Source: Amphiscolops sp. MND2022 (lineage: Eukaryota). From it: 64,000 bases of DNA. The stretch is from the NCBI GenBank assembly GCA_964187785.1, contig OZ076415.1:48050001-48114000 (forward strand). The letters run 5' to 3'. Below the pieces are notes generated by a model. That model did no database searches. It was not told the DNA's origin and saw nothing but the letters and a program-made list of their open reading frames with translations. Made by a program: the position numbers and the translations under genes. How positions within the stretch are numbered: position 1 is the first letter of the stretch; the number at the start of each line of letters is the position of its first letter. Positions 61,055 through 64,000 of the stretch are shown here, piece by piece.

Positions 61055-63607
61055 TCAGGGTTTTGCGAAGTTGCTGAAATCTATTTTGAGCTGAATTGTA
61101 GGCTGCTTCAATTTCGCAGCATCGTGACTTGAATTTGTACCAGCGCTGTCGTCGGAATTCGCAGAATTGGCTGAACTCCTCTTAATGGCACATGTAATGT
61201 TTTCCTTCAACTGAGGCTTGTTAACCATGATGTTTTTGAACAAAATTTGGTAGGAAGTTCCAAGGTTTTTGAGCACGGCGATACAATGTTGATAGACTGA
61301 GCTTTTGTTACTGAAAACCTCCATGAGTTTACACAAAACTTGAAGTACATGGAAAAGCATTGTTTCTTGAGGAGACCCACAACCGCCTTTGACGGTTGAC
61401 TTGGCATCGGGAAACATTTCATTTACAAGAGACAGACCAATTAGCAGGACGTCAATTTCGTCTTTCACGCATTGCCAGTCATCCGGGTTTTCTTCTCCGA
61501 TGGAATCAAGGTCCTGGAAAATTGCTTTTATGATGGGCTTGCAATATTTATACGCCACCACTTTGTTCTGACATCTCAGCAAGCTTGAAATAACTTTGAG
61601 ATGTTGAGACTTGATGGCATTTCGATTACTTTCTTTCAAAAAGGATACCAAGTAGAGTACACTGCGGTCTAATATAGAGGGATTCACAGTTACAACTTCA
61701 GGGAATGATACTGTCACCGTGATGAAGGTCAGAAGACATCTGTTAATATCACAGTCGTCACTGCTTTCAACAAAATCTAGTAACGACAAGTACGTTGAAG
61801 CCAATATTCTAGTCCACATTCTAGATCTTTCAGATCCATCATGCGTTTCTGATTGGTCATCCTGCTCATTTGACTCTGATTGGCCAATTTCGTGATTATC
61901 GGTGATTGGCTGAGCAATCAAACTTTTGAGACAGTGTAGAAGGTTAGTAAGTGCAGCGGTCGAGTTTGCTTGGTAAGAAGAATCTTTGATTGCACAAATT
62001 ACCATATGAAGACAAGTCGTCAGAAGAGGTATCAGATGTTTCTGATCAGCCAACTTGATAAGCAGAAGCAAGGGTTTGGTGGTTGCACTGATTAAAGTCG
62101 CTGATTGTTCCTTGAACTTTTTAACGGGTCGGATATTCGCAATTGTCAAAGTTTCACTCAAACTGGGAACATGCCGAGCAAATATACATGACAATATTTC
62201 CAACATTATTTTGAGAAAGTTCTTTTCTGTGAAATCACCTTTGCCGCTGAACTGGTCAGCCAGAAGAGCACACTGCAAGAGGGCATGTACAACTTGCACT
62301 AACAGCTGTTGCACTTTGTGGTCTGTGCTAGTCAAAACAACCTTCAACAAAATTTCTCCAAGTTCTACAATCTGTTTGTTGTCTTGCTTCTGTGCAATAA
62401 ACATTGATATGTGCTGTTGTTCCAGCAGTTTCGACAATGATTGCAAACAAAAGGTGATTTTCTGTGGGTTCTGAAGAACATCTGGTTGAGATAAAGGTAC
62501 TGATGAGATTCCAATAAGTAGATGAACTTCACTGAGAAGCCCTTTGTCTATATCAACGACACTGCCTTCTGCGTTCACTTGAATTTTATTCCTTTTTATC
62601 GCATCTGGTACAACTTGAGTGGCGAAGTACAAAGTTGCGCTACAGAGTAAACTACCCCAACTGGGTTCTCGGACGTTCAAGGGTACTTCATCACTCATCA
62701 CAATGTTGCCATTAGAGCAAGCAAGACCATATTCCTTCAAGGCCTCAATCCACATCCTATATAGTCCCGATAACTCTGGAATAACAAGATCCAGTAAACT
62801 CGAACAATCAGAGGAGTTTGCTTCGTTTTCTTTCATTCCCAGAGCCACAAAATACATATCAGCCCATGCCTTCAAGACGGCGAGACGTTCACTTGTAGCG
62901 CATATTTCACTGAACACCGAATTGTCACTTGATTTCGAGCGTTGAACCTTGGATAGTGACGTCACCAACAATTGATGAATGCGCCTGAGATCGACAATGT
63001 CAGTTGCGATTCCACTTGTAATCCAAATACTACACAAGTTACAAGCTTTGGACAAAACATGTGGATAACTTTCTTGACAAAACGCTGGCCTCAAGGCAGC
63101 TCCAAACTGCGCTTGGTATTGCTCTAGCAAAGGCTGGTCATCAAAGTCAGGGTCCTTGGCTTGACAGAATCTTTCAATGAGTTCTTCCAAGACTTTTAGG
63201 CCTTCAATTTGCAACTGGTCGTAGGAAGCAGTGGCCGCCATGAATCCAATACGCACCAGCTCCTGAATGTGGGTGATAAGAGGATCTGCGTTCTGAGGTT
63301 GCCCAGAACTCGAATGCTTTTGCTGGGAAGTGCTTTGGTTCGGCAACCCGGCAGGTGCCAATGAAAATATCTTCTGTACACATTGTACAGCAAACACACG
63401 TGTATTGCACCTTTGATGGAGCATCGTGGAAGTTTCTTTGTTGACGGGCTGGAAACTAGTGTCATCGTCTTCATCTTCTTCGTTCCCCTTAGTTTCTTCC
63501 TCCACATTTTCTTCTCCAGTGGCAATGAACAGCACATTGCGCAGAAGTGTCAGCCATGCGCTGAGTTTCGAAATGGCTTGTGAATTCAGAATCATCAACA
63601 CTGTGTC
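61055..63607 (-). CDS. HEATR5B: Terminal coding exon (~850 aa) of HEAT repeat-containing protein 5 (HEATR5A/B, p200/Laa1-like AP-1 accessory protein); upstream exons lie beyond or at the right edge
   Basis: Motifs NTRVFAVQC, FMAAT..DQL...GL, LLEQYQAQFGAALRPAF, DLRRIHQLLVTSL, RLAVLKAWADMY and C-terminal IQLKIDFSNF match the HEATR5 family from memory. Acceptor cattctag| at 63608/63607 is in frame. The A vs B paralogue assignment is not resolvable. Confidence 0.92.
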   Translation of the reverse strand, partial: DTVLMILNSQAISKLSAWLTLLRNVLFIATGEENVEEETKGNEEDEDDDTSFQPVNKETSTMLHQRCNTRVFAVQCVQKIFSLAPAGLPNQSTSQQKHSSSGQPQNADPLITHIQELVRIGFMAATASYDQLQIEGLKVLEELIERFCQAKDPDFDDQPLLEQYQAQFGAALRPAFCQESYPHVLSKACNLCSIWITSGIATDIVDLRRIHQLLVTSLSKVQRSKSSDNSVFSEICATSERLAVLKAWADMYFVALGMKENEANSSDCSSLLDLVIPELSGLYRMWIEALKEYGLACSNGNIVMSDEVPLNVREPSWGSLLCSATLYFATQVVPDAIKRNKIQVNAEGSVVDIDKGLLSEVHLLIGISSVPLSQPDVLQNPQKITFCLQSLSKLLEQQHISMFIAQKQDNKQIVELGEILLKVVLTSTDHKVQQLLVQVVHALLQCALLADQFSGKGDFTEKNFLKIMLEILSCIFARHVPSLSETLTIANIRPVKKFKEQSATLISATTKPLLLLIKLADQKHLIPLLTTCLHMVICAIKDSSYQANSTAALTNLLHCLKSLIAQPITDNHEIGQSESNEQDDQSETHDGSERSRMWTRILASTYLSLLDFVESSDDCDINRCLLTFITVTVSFPEVVTVNPSILDRSVLYLVSFLKESNRNAIKSQHLKVISSLLRCQNKVVAYKYCKPIIKAIFQDLDSIGEENPDDWQCVKDEIDVLLIGLSLVNEMFPDAKSTVKGGCGSPQETMLFHVLQVLCKLMEVFSNKSSVYQHCIAVLKNLGTSYQILFKNIMVNKPQLKENITCAIKRSSANSANSDDSAGTNSSHDAAKLKQPTIQLKIDFSNFAKP

Positions 63608-63906
63608 CTAGAATGATTACTCAAGATGAAACAGCCCAAGAGAACGGTGCAAAACTCGACAAAGAAAGCATTGGCATTTTAATAGTTTTAAGCTTAAAGT
63701 AGCGTTTAATAAGACGAAGTTAAGTGGGCACCCGCTTAAGCCTCAAAAGGCGCAAAGTGTAATAAATATGCTCAGGGCGGTTTCAAGTTTACCTCAAATC
63801 TCAGAGTTCCAAAAAGCATCCAAAGAGCCGCCCTTTGGGCTCGAAAAACGTCTTTTCCAAAATGAAATCAGAGAAAAAAGTTGAAGATTGCAGGAAAAAA
63901 ATTTAA

Positions 63907-63974
63907 TCCTGCACGGGATTCGAACAAACAATTCCCTGCTTGCGAAGGCCCAGTGGCGGGACTTTGCCACGGAC
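63907..63974 (-). repeat. tRNA-derived segment (SINE-like head) within an intronic repeat
   Basis: Minus strand GTCCGTGGCAAAGT...CTTCGCAAG...GTTCGAATCCCGTGCAGGA has a B box and a partial A box. The adjacent cgccctttgggctcgaaaaac matches the reverse complement of the repeat at ~40098-40125. Confidence 0.45.
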
Positions 63975-64000
63975 GTCTGTTCAAAAAAGGATCAAAAGTA

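Noticed and set aside
61207-63611. Short ORFs antisense to or in alternative frames of HEATR5
   Set aside because: They are shadows of the long coding exon.

Overview
Eukaryotic (probably invertebrate animal) AT-rich genomic DNA. The left half (1 to ~31,300, running off the window's left edge) is one tandem array of tRNA-Arg(CCT) genes and pseudogenes, all on the minus strand. I count roughly 135-140 tRNA-like copies by hand, arranged in ~45 higher-order units (HORs), each opened by a conserved spacer. About 11 perfectly canonical 73-nt cloverleaf copies occur, all left of ~19 kb. Right of ~19.2 kb every copy I inspected is degenerate, yet it has still been amplified as ~473-bp dimers. Three non-autonomous Helentron-like (HINE-type) elements are inserted in A/T runs of the array, one carrying an antisense tRNA-like Pol III cassette. 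The right half holds putative minus-strand exons of a multi-pass membrane protein whose last visible splice donor points into the array. It also holds more HINE-like copies, a decayed 5'-truncated RTE-like LINE, a 9-copy ~291-bp satellite, TA-flanked MITEs, and the 2.55-kb terminal coding exon of a HEATR5A/B (Laa1/p200) orthologue. All ORFs inside the tRNA array are artefacts. Counts and coordinates were read manually and may be off by a few bases.
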